Assembly (NCBI GenBank): GCA_964016885.1
Contig: OZ024743.1
Location: forward strand, 285,572,001 to 285,636,000
Direction of reading: 5' to 3'
Length of the DNA stretch: 64,000 nt
Source of the DNA: Eledone cirrhosa
Taxonomy: Eukaryota
In this document: piece by piece, positions 51,163 through 64,000 of the stretch
Layout of the letters: the number at the start of each line of letters is the position of its first letter
Position numbering within the stretch: position 1 is the stretch's first letter
Translations under genes and position numbers: made by a program
The notes under the pieces: generated by a model
What the model saw: the letters and a program-made list of their open reading frames with translations, nothing else
What the model was told of the DNA's origin: nothing
Database searches by the model: none

Positions 51163-54100
51163 TCTCTGCTGTTGTTCCTAGAGTTGCTGCTGCCACCATC
51201 ACTTAATATCATATCCCTATTGCATTTACTATTTTCACCTTCAACACTAAAGTGTTTACATCTATGGAGCAAAAAGTCAAATTCATGAGAAATTACAAAA
51301 ACGTTATTCTCATATAATCATTTATGATATATATACAGTGTTACATTTTATCAACAATGTTCATGTTGTCTAAGATTTAGTTTTATTTTGTGAAGAAATG
51401 TTTTGCATTTTTAGGTCAATGAAATAAGCCAAGTTTAAAAATAGCCAGAAAATTAATTTGCTTCAAGTTGAAATTAAATTTTAGTCTTGGCACATTTTCT
51501 TCTTTAATTGTATGCTGTTCTGTAAGATTCCTTTGTTTAGAAATAATAGTCTCATCTAATAATTGTTTTGAATAATAATCTCAAAGCTATCAAGAACAAT
51601 AAGCAGTTGAGACAAAGTACCATTTTCAGAAATCTGTCTTATATATATATTTTATTAGCATTGTCATGTCACTGAAGACTGGGGTTTTGGATTTACTTGT
51701 ACCACATTACTGGCAAATAAACCCTGTTCACTTTTCTTCTAAACTTTCCCTAATTGTCACATAATATCGAATCTATGAGATTTTGATATTGTATATTTTG
51801 TGAACAATACCTTAACGTCACTATGAGTGGCCATTTATGGCCGGTTTGAACAGAAAGAGGTGAGAGAATTCTGGGCGGTTTAAATGCTTATTGATTAAAA
51901 TGCTTATTGATTATAAATGTTTGACATTTTATTCACCCATCCATGGCATGCTGCTGATTAACTTTACTGTCTTAAGATTACCAAGTAGGAAAATATCTAA
52001 CAGCCCATCTGGAAAAAGAAATTAACTTTTATAGTCATGTACAGATTAAAATCCTATTCTGAAACTGGTGCTAATTGCAAACCCTAAGGACTCTAGGATT
52101 TTAGAAACTTAATCATATCAATTAGGGAAATTATTAAAACTCCAGCATCCTTGGAGTAAGGCTTTGCTTTTATCAAAAGATGAAAGTTTGAAGCAAATTT
52201 CATTCAAATTGGTGAGAATTTTGCTTGATAAATTACCTAATTTTAACTAGATTTGAATGTTTATCTGATACCTTATATTAACATGATGGGAGAAAAAATA
52301 TTTTTTACAAATGCATTACAGAATATTAAACTTCAAGTGGATTCAAAACTTTTTTTCTATGCTTTACATTGGAGAATATCTAATTACTTTTACCCAGAGA
52401 GAGAATTGACTTTTGTTCTAGATGAAAAACAGTAAACTTTTCATCATAATATGACTATTCATGACTTCTTTTGCATCAGGCTCCTTTATATATAATCAGT
52501 CATTTATTCATAACTGGAGCTCCATAAGATGAAATGAACTCTTACGCTGAGAAGACAATTGCATTAGTGTTTGTGTCAGAATAAATATACCCAACTCATT
52601 CCACTTCGGTAATTGACTCCTGTAATAGTCTTTTCAGGTACAGCAGTTGAAGCCATGGCTAACTTAATAGCACTGCTTCCAGCTATTTAGAAAAATAAAT
52701 AAAGTCTGTCAAACATAATATCCAACTCTTGACATTAAGCTTTAAACTAATGAGGATTTTTTTCATTTGCAGCTTTCCATGCTAATTTAGACTGGAAAGT
52801 AATATAAATTCAGATGCATCCATTTGGATTCTTTAAGTAAGCTTTTCTTTTCAAACTGGAGTGTTGGTTTCTACCATTAAAAGTATCCTGGGATCAAACT
52901 CTTCATGATCCTGCTGATATCAAAATTCTCTTGTAAGAGGAGAAAATATAGAAGTGGTTTCTCATTAGTTCCATAGAGTGAAGGAGGGCTTGAACTCGAC
53001 TAAACAAAATATTTGTAAATTTAAGTTTTCACTGATTGTGATATTGAGCTGTAATCAAACCATAGTACTTTTTTGCTGCTAGATTTGCTATGATTGTTGT
53101 TATTTCAGCCCAAGTCAGCAATCCTATCATCAAAAGCATTCCAGTTGTGATCATCACATCTTTCTTTCAAGTAGAGATTACTTTGGACTACATTATGCAA
53201 TGTCTTTCTTAAGCCAGTAAGATGGATTTAATTGGACAACTGTTTCTAGGAGGTTGAGCAATTTCTTAGAGGTACCATTGCTAGCTCATACAACTAGGTG
53301 AAATAAACTGGCAAGATGTTAAGATTTATTTATTTACTGATCAAAAGGAGATGAATAGTACCCATGACCTTTATCAAGAACTCTGAAACTGGTAGGTGGA
53401 AGGAAGAATATTCTCTTTATATTGGAGACTGGGGCTGAAATGCTTGCCACAAAAGGCACCCAAGTAACTGATGGTGATTAGGACACAGTGTGTAAATGAC
53501 TTGATACAAAACACTGATTTTAAAAAAAAATTAAAAGTACACTATTTTAACTGTGCTTTGACATAGACAGCTTTTGTAAGCTGTTTCCACCATCTGATTA
53601 CCAATCCCTGTTGTAAGCATTTTGCTTTACTTACTAATATCTTTGGGAAGGGTATAAATGTCAGCCTAATTTTTCCTCTATAAATTTGAAGACTTATAAA
53701 TATTTAGAAATCAGCTTTTGCGACCTGAAGCAATAAACGAAGTACAAGTAAACAGAAGAATTAGTATACAATCTAGTCCCAATTTCCTATTGTAGAAATT
53801 TTCAACTGACTTACATTGCTTAATGCTGTTTGGAAAAAGCATGAGCATCATGCAATCTTATGTCTTTAATCTTCATAAATTGACACAGTATGTCAATACA
53901 AAAAATTGAATTAATGCCTATTGTGTAAGATTAATTGGTTGTGGTGATAGCAGCTGCAAGAATTGCTTTGTAGTACATACCCCATTGTAGTTGTTTACTG
54001 CAAGGTTTTTCAATAAAAAATTTTTTGACAGGTAATAAAACTCGATATCTTCCATGTATATATATATACATAGTTGACAAAATGTCTGGCATTTTGTGTT

Positions 54101-54184
54101 TAATTATAAAAAACCTCAGTATGGTTTCCTTTAAGATGTATTTGTTTTTATTGTATTTTTTATTTATAAATTCTATATTTGAAT

Positions 54185-54675
54185 TAAAGCAGGTAGAGAA
54201 GCTTGAGTATCTTGGGGCCGTGTTCACGAGTTATAGAAGGCGGGAGGCTGAATTAATTGCAGGAGCTGGTACAGGAATGTGCCAGCTTCAGCATTCAGAA
54301 GAAGGGAGGTAGGGCGTAAAAGCCAAACTTGCTATCTTCAATTCAGTATTTGTGCCAACCCAACTCGATAGAGTGCATAGCTTGAAGATCAGAAAGTCAT
54401 TCTAGGTAGGATTGCTACTTCTCTGAATTGAGAGATCACAACTCCAATATAATGGGCATGTGGTTAGAATGTCTCAGGAAAGAATTGCTGGACAGATTTT
54501 ATGGGCAAAACCAACCGGCAATAGACCCAGGGGTAGACCCCGAGCTTGGCTAGTCTTGTTTGAGGATTCAGCCAGATCAGTTGGAGACTGCTGTTTCTGA
54601 CAGGACCCACTGGAAGGACTATTTGAGGATTCTGCTCCCACGACCCTCTCTGGAATAAGTGGGCAAAGAAGAAGA
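54185..54675 (+). mobile_element. RTE-type LINE remnant of a third family
   Basis: LKQVEKLEYLGAVFTS, KAKLAIFNSVF, GHVVRMSQER, GNRPRGRP; (GAA)n-like tail. Confidence 0.75.
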
Positions 54676-56543
54676 ATTGAATATGATAGCTATCTTAATC
54701 TTAAGAAATGTAAATTTCTCATGTATTTCTTTTGTTAAAGGTGTTTGCTATTTTGTAATGTCATACCCTAACGCTGATAAAATAACTATTGATTTAGGAT
54801 GTTGCTCTTTGTTGTTACATAATTATCATTATTATCAATATTATTAACAGATTTTTTTAAATATAATTTTTATCTGTGTGTGTATGTTGTTGGTGCCAGG
54901 ATAAAATGTACCCAGTACACTCTGCAAAGTGGTTGCTGATAGGAAGGACATCCACCTATAGAAACTATGCCAAAATGGAATGTATGTGTTCTGTAGATTT
55001 GTTTTCTGAATTCAAATCTCACTGAGGTCTACTTTGCCTTTCATCCTTTTGGGTGTCTGTAAAATATGTCCTAGTCAAAAACTGAAATAGATCTCATCAA
55101 CTATACCTTCCCCAAAAATGTGTGGCTTTGTGCTTAAGTTAGAAGTCATCATTATTAATTATAATAGGTTGAGCACTGGACAAAACACTTTTTAGTATTT
55201 AGTTGGGTTTTTTTATGTTCCGAGTTAAAATCCTGTAGAAGTTGAGTTTATAGTAATACTCTGAGATCCATATAATTGATTAACTTTCTTTTAGAAACTA
55301 TTAACTGCTTCAACATATCAGTAAAAAGCTAGTAACATTTCTATATCAAAAACTAACTTGTAATTTATTTACCCACTCTTATGTTCTTGACTTGAATATA
55401 TAATGTGAAAACAAAATACTAGTCTTGTAAATCAACAATGTCATCATCGTTTTAATGTCCACTTTCCCTGCTAGCAAAAGTTGGATGGATCTACACAGAC
55501 CAAGTCAGTACTAAAATGGGACTACTGACTTCTCAGACAGGCTAGGTGTCTGTTATCTCGTTTATGTAGTCTTGTGTTTAATTCAATTTCTTAAAATAAG
55601 CTTTTTATTTAGGATATATTGAAATGTTTATTAGTGTATCTTACTGGCACTGTTTAACATTCATACCAGCCAGTACTGGTTGCCATAAAGACAAAGCTAT
55701 TTGTTCAAATATGCCATATCTAACCTTGTTAGTTTTATCTTTGGTAAGAGAAAATTGGGAATTTCCTCTCGTAAAACCTGATCAACATTTTATCATATTT
55801 ATGAATACATTAACATTATATATATTCTGACTGGTTAATCTATGAGAGCTATTTGTTTGTAATCCCCCCTCATATTTTATCTGAAGAAGATTTCTGTGTG
55901 TTTTACTGCAGGCAAAAATATTTAAGAAAAGTTCAATCTTTTTTCTTCAAAACTGATTTTTGTTGCCTTCATGTTTTACTGGGGAAAAAGGAATGAATTG
56001 TTTCAAGTCCATCAGTTTGATATGCATATATAAATTATAGCATATAGTATTTAGTGTGTTGAATTGTTTGTATGTAAATCTTAGTTGCTGTGATTATTAT
56101 TTTGAATTAAACCCAACTTAAAAACACTTGATCAAAAGTTGTAGTCATGATTTGTTGTCTCTTTAAGCTCATTTCAGACTCAGTGTATTTGAATCACATG
56201 TTTTTTGTGCACACTTTAGTTATGTAGACATTTAAACATTTCATTAGTCACAAAATAGGATGTTACTTTGACAAAATAAAAGGATATACATACACATTTG
56301 AGTATGAAAATGTGGTTGTTTTTTCATTTTATTCTATTTCAAGCAAATCCTCTTGTTCCTATTGCTGTTATAAGTAAATGTTTTCAATAATATTTGAATT
56401 AGTCATTACAAACCAAAATGGGCTGGAAGCCTGAAAATTATGACCCCATGAACCAGGTGTCTGGCAAGTTATCAATTCTTTGCCTGTGATGTCTTTTGAT
56501 TAAGTAAAATACAGCTTCATGCAAAAGAAGTATCATTATTTCC

Positions 56544-56728
56544 GGTGGATTGGCAGTATCGGTAGAGGGTCGGACGCCATGCTTTCCAGCATAGTTACGT
56601 CCCTTTACGATCTGAGTTCAAATTCCGCCGAGGTTGACTTTGCCTTTCATCCTTACGGGGTCGATAAAATAAAGTACCAGTAATGCACTGGGTAATTGCT
56701 GGCCTTGTGCCTAAAGTAGAAACAATTA
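56544..56728 (+). mobile_element. Young SINE family 2 copy
   Basis: Near-identical to the reverse complement of 21472-21653; ATTATTTC flanking duplication. Confidence 0.92.
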
Positions 56729-59700
56729 TTTCATGCAGCTGTTTGGGCTGACTTGTAAGTTAATATCTATGGACCATATTCCCATTCAATCACATTACAA
56801 TGTATAGAATATGAGAGGTGGGGTTCTCTTTCAGAATGACTACTAAAATGAATTTTTTTAAGTGGTTAGTGTAGGACAAACTTTCTGTTGCTTATACAGA
56901 AACTAAACAAAGAGGTAAAAAGTTCAATTGTAAAAAAACAGGATCTGAGGAAACTGCAAGTGCCAGCATCACTAAAAATTATAGAATGAATTTCATGGAG
57001 TTTGAATAAGAGAAATCTGATGTTCTTTGTTTATCACTTTCATCTGAAAAAGAAATGTTCAACTTTATGAACTTCACTGTATATAATTCAATATGTAGAT
57101 TGGAGTTTAATATGTAATCAATGAAAGGTGACTAATGCAATTGACTCTTCCATTCAGAAGAATAGAAGTTATTGATAGAACATATATGTTGTGTGACATT
57201 TGAATTTGGTAATCAAAGAATATTCCTTTATATTAGAAGATGAAACTTCTACTATCATAAGCCTTGCATTAAAAAAAAATAAAAATAAACCTTATGTTTA
57301 ATGTAAGTGTTAGAAAGTTGCACATATGGAAAATGTTATGAATGACCCATGCCAATATAGAAAGCAGACTTCAAGTAGGGATAATGTTTATATAGTTAAT
57401 AGAATTCTGTTCAGTTTTGAGCCACAAATGTTCTACATAGAAATCTTTGACATTCTTACAGTTGTGCATTTTAAACACATAAGACAAATTGCAACCTTCT
57501 GAACCTGTAATATATTGCTATTTCACTTATGGATTTCAATAAACAGAGGATTAAACATATCCAATCTGGAGGTGATTTGCAATATTTGTTCTATTTCTTT
57601 ACTTAGTGGGTGCCCAGACAGGCACAGTGAACTTGTCGGTATTAAACTGACAAATTGGATGTGTAAAACAATTCTATAACAAGCTCTTAGTACTTGTCAA
57701 GGAAATCACCAGGCGTCATTTGTCGACTTACTGGTGCAAGGAGGTCTGGAGTAAATAAAAGCATGAATAAAGATATCATAATGAAACATAATCTACTGCT
57801 GCTTAGTATCCCCATCTTTCATATAAAACAATAAAGTGATGATCATTACAGTTGATACCAGTTGTCAATTATTTAGAAAACTAAACAATGAATATGTTGA
57901 TGAAATCTTAATGAAGAATATTATCATCATATGTCTGTGATAATCATTTTTCGCTTCATTATCTACATCTTTCTATGTTTTTATGTATATAAGATGGCAG
58001 ATTGAGGCAGTTTTATGCTCCATCTGACAGGTAGGCTCTTCAATCGTTGTAGCCTGGTTTGAAGTTGTTTTAGTGTTCTTACTGTTAACTATTCACCCAT
58101 AATGAAAATAGGGAACAAACTTTTTGTCAGTCAGGCTGATCCAGTGAAGTGCAGTAATGTACTTTGGCCTGGCGCGCAACACAAAGGGTCTGGTATGATT
58201 TCAGTTTGTAGTCAGTTTGTCAGCTCCTTAATTCCAAAGTTATCTTAACTCGTTCTTATTGTCACAATGAGCAAGATTTTATTTTGGAGTGTTTTTTTTT
58301 ATGTTTTAACATTTTCACATTAATGTTTTCAAGCATATTTTGAATGAACTTTACATGAAATAATGGAACAATAACATTTAAGACACAGAGAATTAAAAAA
58401 ACTAACTAGAAATAAATATTCAGTGAGAAAAGAAAAAAAAAAACTATTCATCAATGATTAATATTATTTCCATTTGCCCAGCAAGTATAGGAGACAAGTC
58501 CAAGTGTATTTTGGTATTATTTTGACCTCAGTAGTGAAGTATACTTCAACATACTTGCCAAAGTAGTGATGAAAGAATTTAGTAAATATACAAAATTTGT
58601 ACATTTGTTGGCATAAAAAAATTTGAATGGTTTTGAAATTCTATACTTTTAAAATTACCATCGGCATGGTGTTTTTGAGATAGATGCTAGGTGAAAAAGG
58701 ACTACGTTGTTGGTAGTGGTATCTTAATTTCAAGTTGAAATTGAACCAGTGATAGCTTGATTTCAATATATATTACCATTGTTATAGTGGTTTGATGTGT
58801 GCACATAGTCATTTAAAGAACAGCGATAGGACACATTAAAAAAGATCAATACGATAATTAGCCAATTAACTTTAGAATTACAAAGTAGAGTGGATAGAGT
58901 GAAGTATTATGTGTGGAGGGGAGTAAGAGGTTAAATAATGGAAAATGAAGGAAGAAGGAAGGAATAGGAGAAAAGTATTTCTGGGGTGGGTGATAAGATC
59001 AGAAAAGAGCTGTAGAGAAAACTATAAGGGGATAGGTAAGAAAGGAAGTAGGAGAGTTAGTAAGAAGATAAAGTGGTATGGGGGTGTAAAGGAAAGAAAA
59101 GAAGGGGTTATGTGAGAAGGGGTTGGGGTTAAAGAAAGCTTAGAAGGTGTGGGAGAGCATTTTGGAAAGGCAGTCAATATGAGTGATAGGGGTAAGGGAG
59201 CATTACAGTAAGAGAAAAAGGAAGTTAGAAAAAGGAGTGGTAAGAGAATAAGCAAAAACAACTAAGAAACAACAAAAATAGGCCATATAGTAAAGTAAAG
59301 ATATTAGTGACATTAATGAAACAATCCAATGATATCATGTAGTCTGTGTTATTGGATAATTTTAAGCTGGAGATTTGATACTCTCCCACTCTTCCATAAA
59401 AAAAACCCCCACTCTTTAGAAAAGTCACTGTATTCTAAGAATCATTTATTGATAAAGGACAGCATTGCATCCTTTCATGAACTACAAGAGTTGATAAGGC
59501 CTGATACTTAATTCCTTTTGTAATATTAAGTGGACAAGAAAGTTGTCATCCTCCTGAATAGGGCACCACTCTATTGCAGATCGACTGCTACCTATTCCTG
59601 ATATCTGTGATACATTGAATAAAATGTCCTGCTTGGAGAGTGTAACATATCTGCAAGGTTTATAAACTTAAAACTATGGATTCTTCTCACCAGCTGTTTG

Positions 59701-59850
59701 TTTCTTTTTACCTTTCCATTATTTTCTCTTTCTCTCTTTCACTGGCTTTCATCTCTCTCTCTGTGTATGTATGTTTTTTTTTTGTAAATATATATATGTA
59801 AATGTGTGTGTGAGTGTGTATATATATATAATGTATATATGTATATATAT

Positions 59851-60929
59851 GTATCTAAACTATCTAAGAATATAGATTTTACATGTGGCCGGTGCTCTGG
59901 TGCAATAAGTAGCAGCAAGTGCCCACAGAATACTAACTCATTCCATTGCACAGAGGGTTCTATAGAAATAGTGGACAGCTTCCATTACCTGGGTGATAAA
60001 ATCAGCAGTGGGGGAGGGTGCTCTGAAAGTACAGTAGATAGTCAGAACGGGATGGAAAAACTTCAGAGAGCTTATACCACTATTGGCCGCTAAAGGGTTC
60101 TCTCTAAAAATGAAAGGCAGGCTGTATGATGCCTGCATACAAACAGCAATGTTGCATAGCAGTGAGACCTGGGCATTGTGTGCAGAGGATATACGCAGAC
60201 TAGAGAGAAACGAAGCTTGCATGCTCCGCTGGATGTGTAATAGTAATATACGTGAACGGCAAATCATAAACGAACTAAGGGAAAAATTAGAAATAAGAGG
60301 GATCAGATGTTGTTTACTCGAGAGAAGACTACGTTGGTACAGTCACGTGATGCGCATGAAAGACGACAGCTGTATAAAAAAGTGCAGGGCAATAAAAATA
60401 GACGGTAGCCACGGAGTAGGCAGACCCAGAAAAACCTGGGACGACTTGATAAATTCCGACCTCACACACTTACACCTCTCCAAGACAATGTCACTGGACC
60501 GAGAGCTTTGGCGCTACACAGTAATAGAGAAGACCCGCCTTACCTAAGTACAAAGTGAAACTTACTACAGTCAGTAGGCACCTCTAACAAAATACACCCC
60601 GGCCCCACTACCCCCACCCCATCCACACCACCCCTTTCAATGTAAAGTTATGTTGGTGTCACAACATCCAGCCCGAAACAAATGAGGTCGTCTAGGTGTC
60701 ACGACAAAAAAACACACAGTCCACGCTGTAATGTGGCCGTGTAGGTAACACGGTAAAAACCTCCCAGTTCCACACTGTAAATGTGGTTGGTGTTAGGAAG
60801 GGCATCCAGCCGTAGAAAACCCGCCAGACAGTCCTATGCGAGCAAGACAACCACTCTTGCCTCAAGTGGGAAAACTCCTGTCCAAACCCATACAAGCGTG
60901 GAATATGGACGTTAAACGATGATGATGAT
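59851..60929 (+). mobile_element. 5'-truncated RTE LINE, same subfamily as 2611-4968
   Basis: KLSKNIDFTCGRC, FHYLGD, ORF 60083-60547, 3' UTR and (GAT)n. Confidence 0.93.
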
Positions 60930-61074
60930 GTATATATAACCAAAGATTAATATGGTTCATTGATTACTCAATGAATATAGTTTTACAATAGATTAAAAGC
61001 ACTCTACGGGGAAGTTTCCTGCCAACACTGGAATTGAACCATCAAGACCGTTGAGGTATGTCATACATCAATTC

Positions 61075-61146
61075 ATGTATTTTATCTGACGAGGACGTAC
61101 TGAAAAAACAGTACAGTACCTTCGAAATATATATATAATAAAACAT
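61075..61146 (+). ncRNA. Type I hammerhead ribozyme, family B relative
   Basis: AUGUAUUUUAU CUGACGA GGACGUACUG AAAAAA CAGUACAGUACCUUC GAAA UAUAUAUAUA AUAAAACAU. Confidence 0.75.
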
Positions 61147-61196
61147 ATATTTTGATTATGTGAATGTCTTCATTTATTAATATTTTGAATAATATA

Positions 61197-61231
<35 letters not shown>

Positions 61232-61344
61232 CATCATCATTTTACGTCCGCTTTTCCCAAACCAAAGTATCGTCTTCCTGTTTTCCTTCGGTTGCAACTT
61301 TTTTCGGAATATTTACTTCTGTGTTCACAGATAGATTTTTTTTT

Positions 61345-61394
61345 AGTTTCAGAAGATCCCGTTAAGGGTGAAAGCAGCGAGTTTTGCTGAAACT
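61345..61394 (+). ncRNA. Hammerhead-topology motif with two core deviations
   Basis: AGUUU CAGAAGA UCCC GUUAA GGGU GAAA GCAG..UUGCU G AAACU, followed by AATAAA and (TA)n. Confidence 0.4.
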
Positions 61395-61414
61395 TTAATC
61401 TGTTATTTTAATAA

Positions 61415-61466
<52 letters not shown>

Positions 61467-61508
61467 ATGATATTAATAAATGGAAACTATACTTTATAAA
61501 ACAATATT

Positions 61509-61569
61509 TATTTTATTATATATATTTCAAGGTTACCAACATTTTGGTACGCTCTCATCAGATAAAATA
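61509..61569 (-). ncRNA. Type I hammerhead ribozyme, family B relative
   Basis: Minus strand UAUUUUAU CUGAUGA GAGCGUACCA AAAUGU UGGUAACCUU GAAA UAUAUAUA AUAAAAUA; perfect 8-bp stem I. Confidence 0.78.
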
Positions 61570-62334
61570 CAAAAGTTGTTTTATAAATATTGACATATCC
61601 AAAAAACAAGAACTTATCGTTTAAGTTCAGTTTGGATAGTGAAAGAAATTTCAAATCTTAGGACGAATATATATATATATATGTATATACACAGTTCAAG
61701 AGTAACCAATCTTAAAGAGCGAGATGGGATAGGAGAGAAGAGAGATTGGTGAATTGGTTACAAGCCAAAGCGTAAAGGCATGTGCTCCATGTGCAATAAG
61801 CTGTGGAAGGCAGTTAGGTGGCTGGGTTCATGCAGAGGTTAGGTGCACAGAGCTGGAAATATTCATTAGTTAAGCAAAACAAGACCACAAATGTCACAAG
61901 GAAGACATTATTAAAAGATTGTCAACATAGTTTTAGTTTAAGGTAAGGAATGTAAAGAATAATAATGATAATACTAATAATGTCCGTTTACAATGATTTC
62001 GCTACTCCATATAATATTTCTGGATCAAATCATTATAGATCATTATTGATCTGGTTCAGTTGAAGATAATTAACTTGGGTAAAATTGGAGCAGCTCATCA
62101 GAACTTCAAAATGAATATAAATTAAATTAAAGTAAAGAAAGAAGGTTACATGAATGTAATGTTCCATATATTGGTATTTCACTCTGGTGTCCTGGGTATA
62201 TCTATTGTCTGCAATAGGCGAGCAATATTCTTCTGTCGAGGCTGCATTATGCGAGATCTGCCTATGGGTAACAAGCTGTTATTTTTTCCTAGACAGTAAT
62301 CTTGCGAACAGATATCGTCCGCACCCTGTATAAA

Positions 62335-62388
62335 GTATATATATATATGTATGTATATGTATATATATATGTATGTATATGTATATAA

Positions 62389-62419
<31 letters not shown>

Positions 62420-62605
62420 TGTGTATGTATATGTATGTATGTATATATATATGTATGTATGTATATATGTGTGTGTGTGTATGTATGTATGTATGTATAT
62501 ATGTATGTATGTATATGTATATATGTATGTATATATGTATGTATATATGTATGTATATATGTATGTATATATATATATGTGTATATATATGTGTATATAT
62601 ATATG

Positions 62606-62638
<33 letters not shown>

Positions 62639-62675
62639 GTATATATGTATATATATATATGTATATATATATATG

Positions 62676-62722
<47 letters not shown>

Positions 62723-62767
62723 GTATATATATATGTATGTATATATATATGTATGTATATATATATG

Positions 62768-62814
<47 letters not shown>

Positions 62815-62899
62815 GTATATATATATATGTATATATATATATGTATATATATATATGTATATATATATATGTATATATATATATGTATATATATATATG

Positions 62900-62930
<31 letters not shown>

Positions 62931-63117
62931 GTATATATATATGTATGTATATATATATGTATGTATATATATATGTATGTATATATATATGTATGTATAT
63001 ATATATGTATGTATATATATATGTATGTATATATATATGTATGTATATATATATGTATATATGTATATATGTATATATGTATATATATATATATGTATAT
63101 ATGTATATATATATATG

Positions 63118-63151
<34 letters not shown>

Positions 63152-63233
63152 TGTATATATATGTATATATGTATATATATGTATATATGTATATATATGT
63201 ATATATATGTATATATGTATATATATGTATATG

Positions 63234-63296
<63 letters not shown>

Positions 63297-63298
63297 GT
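62335..63298. repeat. ~960 bp (TA)n/(TATG)n compound microsatellite
   Basis: Direct inspection; it produces the spurious long YI/MY ORFs. Confidence 0.97.
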
Positions 63299-63532
63299 AT
63301 CATCATCATCACCGTTTTACGTCCGTTCTTCCACGCTAGCATGGGTTAGACGGGTTGTCCTGTTGTGGGCAGTGTCTGGTCGGCTGACCATGCCTTGCTC
63401 ATACAGGAACTGATCTGGCTTGATTTCTACAGCTGGATGCCCTTCCTAACACCAACCTCATTTACAGTGAGTGCTGGGTGCTTTTTCGTGGCGCCTACAC
63501 GTCCACTTTACAGTGGACGTGTAGGCGCCACG
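63299..63532 (-). mobile_element. Young RTE 3' UTR fragment ending in a fold-back
   Basis: Near-identical to 14910-15125; 21-bp perfect inverted repeat at 63487-63532. Confidence 0.9.
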
Positions 63533-63563
<31 letters not shown>

Positions 63564-63580
63564 GTATATATGTATATATG

Positions 63581-63649
<69 letters not shown>

Positions 63650-63674
63650 GTATGTATATATATATATGTATATA

Positions 63675-64000
63675 TCATCATCATCATCAGGTTTAGCGTC
63701 CGTGTTCCACGCTTGCATGGGTTTGGACGGGGGTTTTCCCACTTGAGGCAAGAGTGGTTGTCTTGCTCGCATAGGACTGTCTGGCGGGTTTTCTACAGTT
63801 GGATGCTCTTCCTAACACCAACCACATTTACAGTGTGGGGCTGGGAGGTTTTTACCGTGTTGCCTACACGGCCACATTACAGCGTGGACTGTCTGGCGGG
63901 TTTTCTACAGCTGGATGCCCTTCCTAACACCAACCACATTTACAGTGTGGGGCTGGGAGGTTTTTACCGTGTTGCCTACACGGCCACATTTACAGCGTGG
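63675..64000 (-). mobile_element. RTE 3' UTR with a 112-bp tandem duplication, running off the window
   Basis: Reverse complement of the 60720-60929 region; units start at 63774 and 63886. Confidence 0.88.

Noticed and set aside
62160-62330. TA-CAGGGTG mariner-like end on the minus strand
   Set aside because: No matching second TIR found.
62179-63413. Long ORFs (314-387 aa), and similar YI/MY ORFs at 15232-18020
   Set aside because: Translations of (TA)n/(TATG)n microsatellites; not coding.
1-64000. CRISPR arrays, prokaryotic operons, rRNA, host CDS
   Set aside because: No repeat-spacer arrays, rRNA signatures or recognisable host exons; the sequence is eukaryotic repeat-rich DNA.

Overview
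AT-rich, microsatellite-dense animal DNA. The repeat families look like those of an octopus/coleoid cephalopod, which is an inference and was not checked. I found no intact host protein-coding exon. The window is dominated by decayed RTE-clade LINEs with (GAT)n tails (one long copy has a PHD finger inserted inside its RT), one CR1-group LINE, two tRNA-derived SINE families, a few Tc1/mariner/pogo-type MITEs and large (TA)n/(TATG)n/(CT)n tracts. A CpG-rich island at about 26-33 kb, with outward-facing splice donors, suggests a possibly bidirectional promoter flanked by long introns. The main unannotated signal is about 9 clear and several degenerate minimal type I hammerhead ribozyme motifs (stem I-CUGANGA-stem II-GAAA-short palindromic stem III-NUH-stem I') from at least 4 unrelated sequence families. 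They sit in non-coding fold-back or tandem-plus-inverted elements, mostly with the two ribozymes diverging, inserted at (TA)n tracts. This fits Penelope-like pLTR remnants or non-autonomous retrozyme-like elements.
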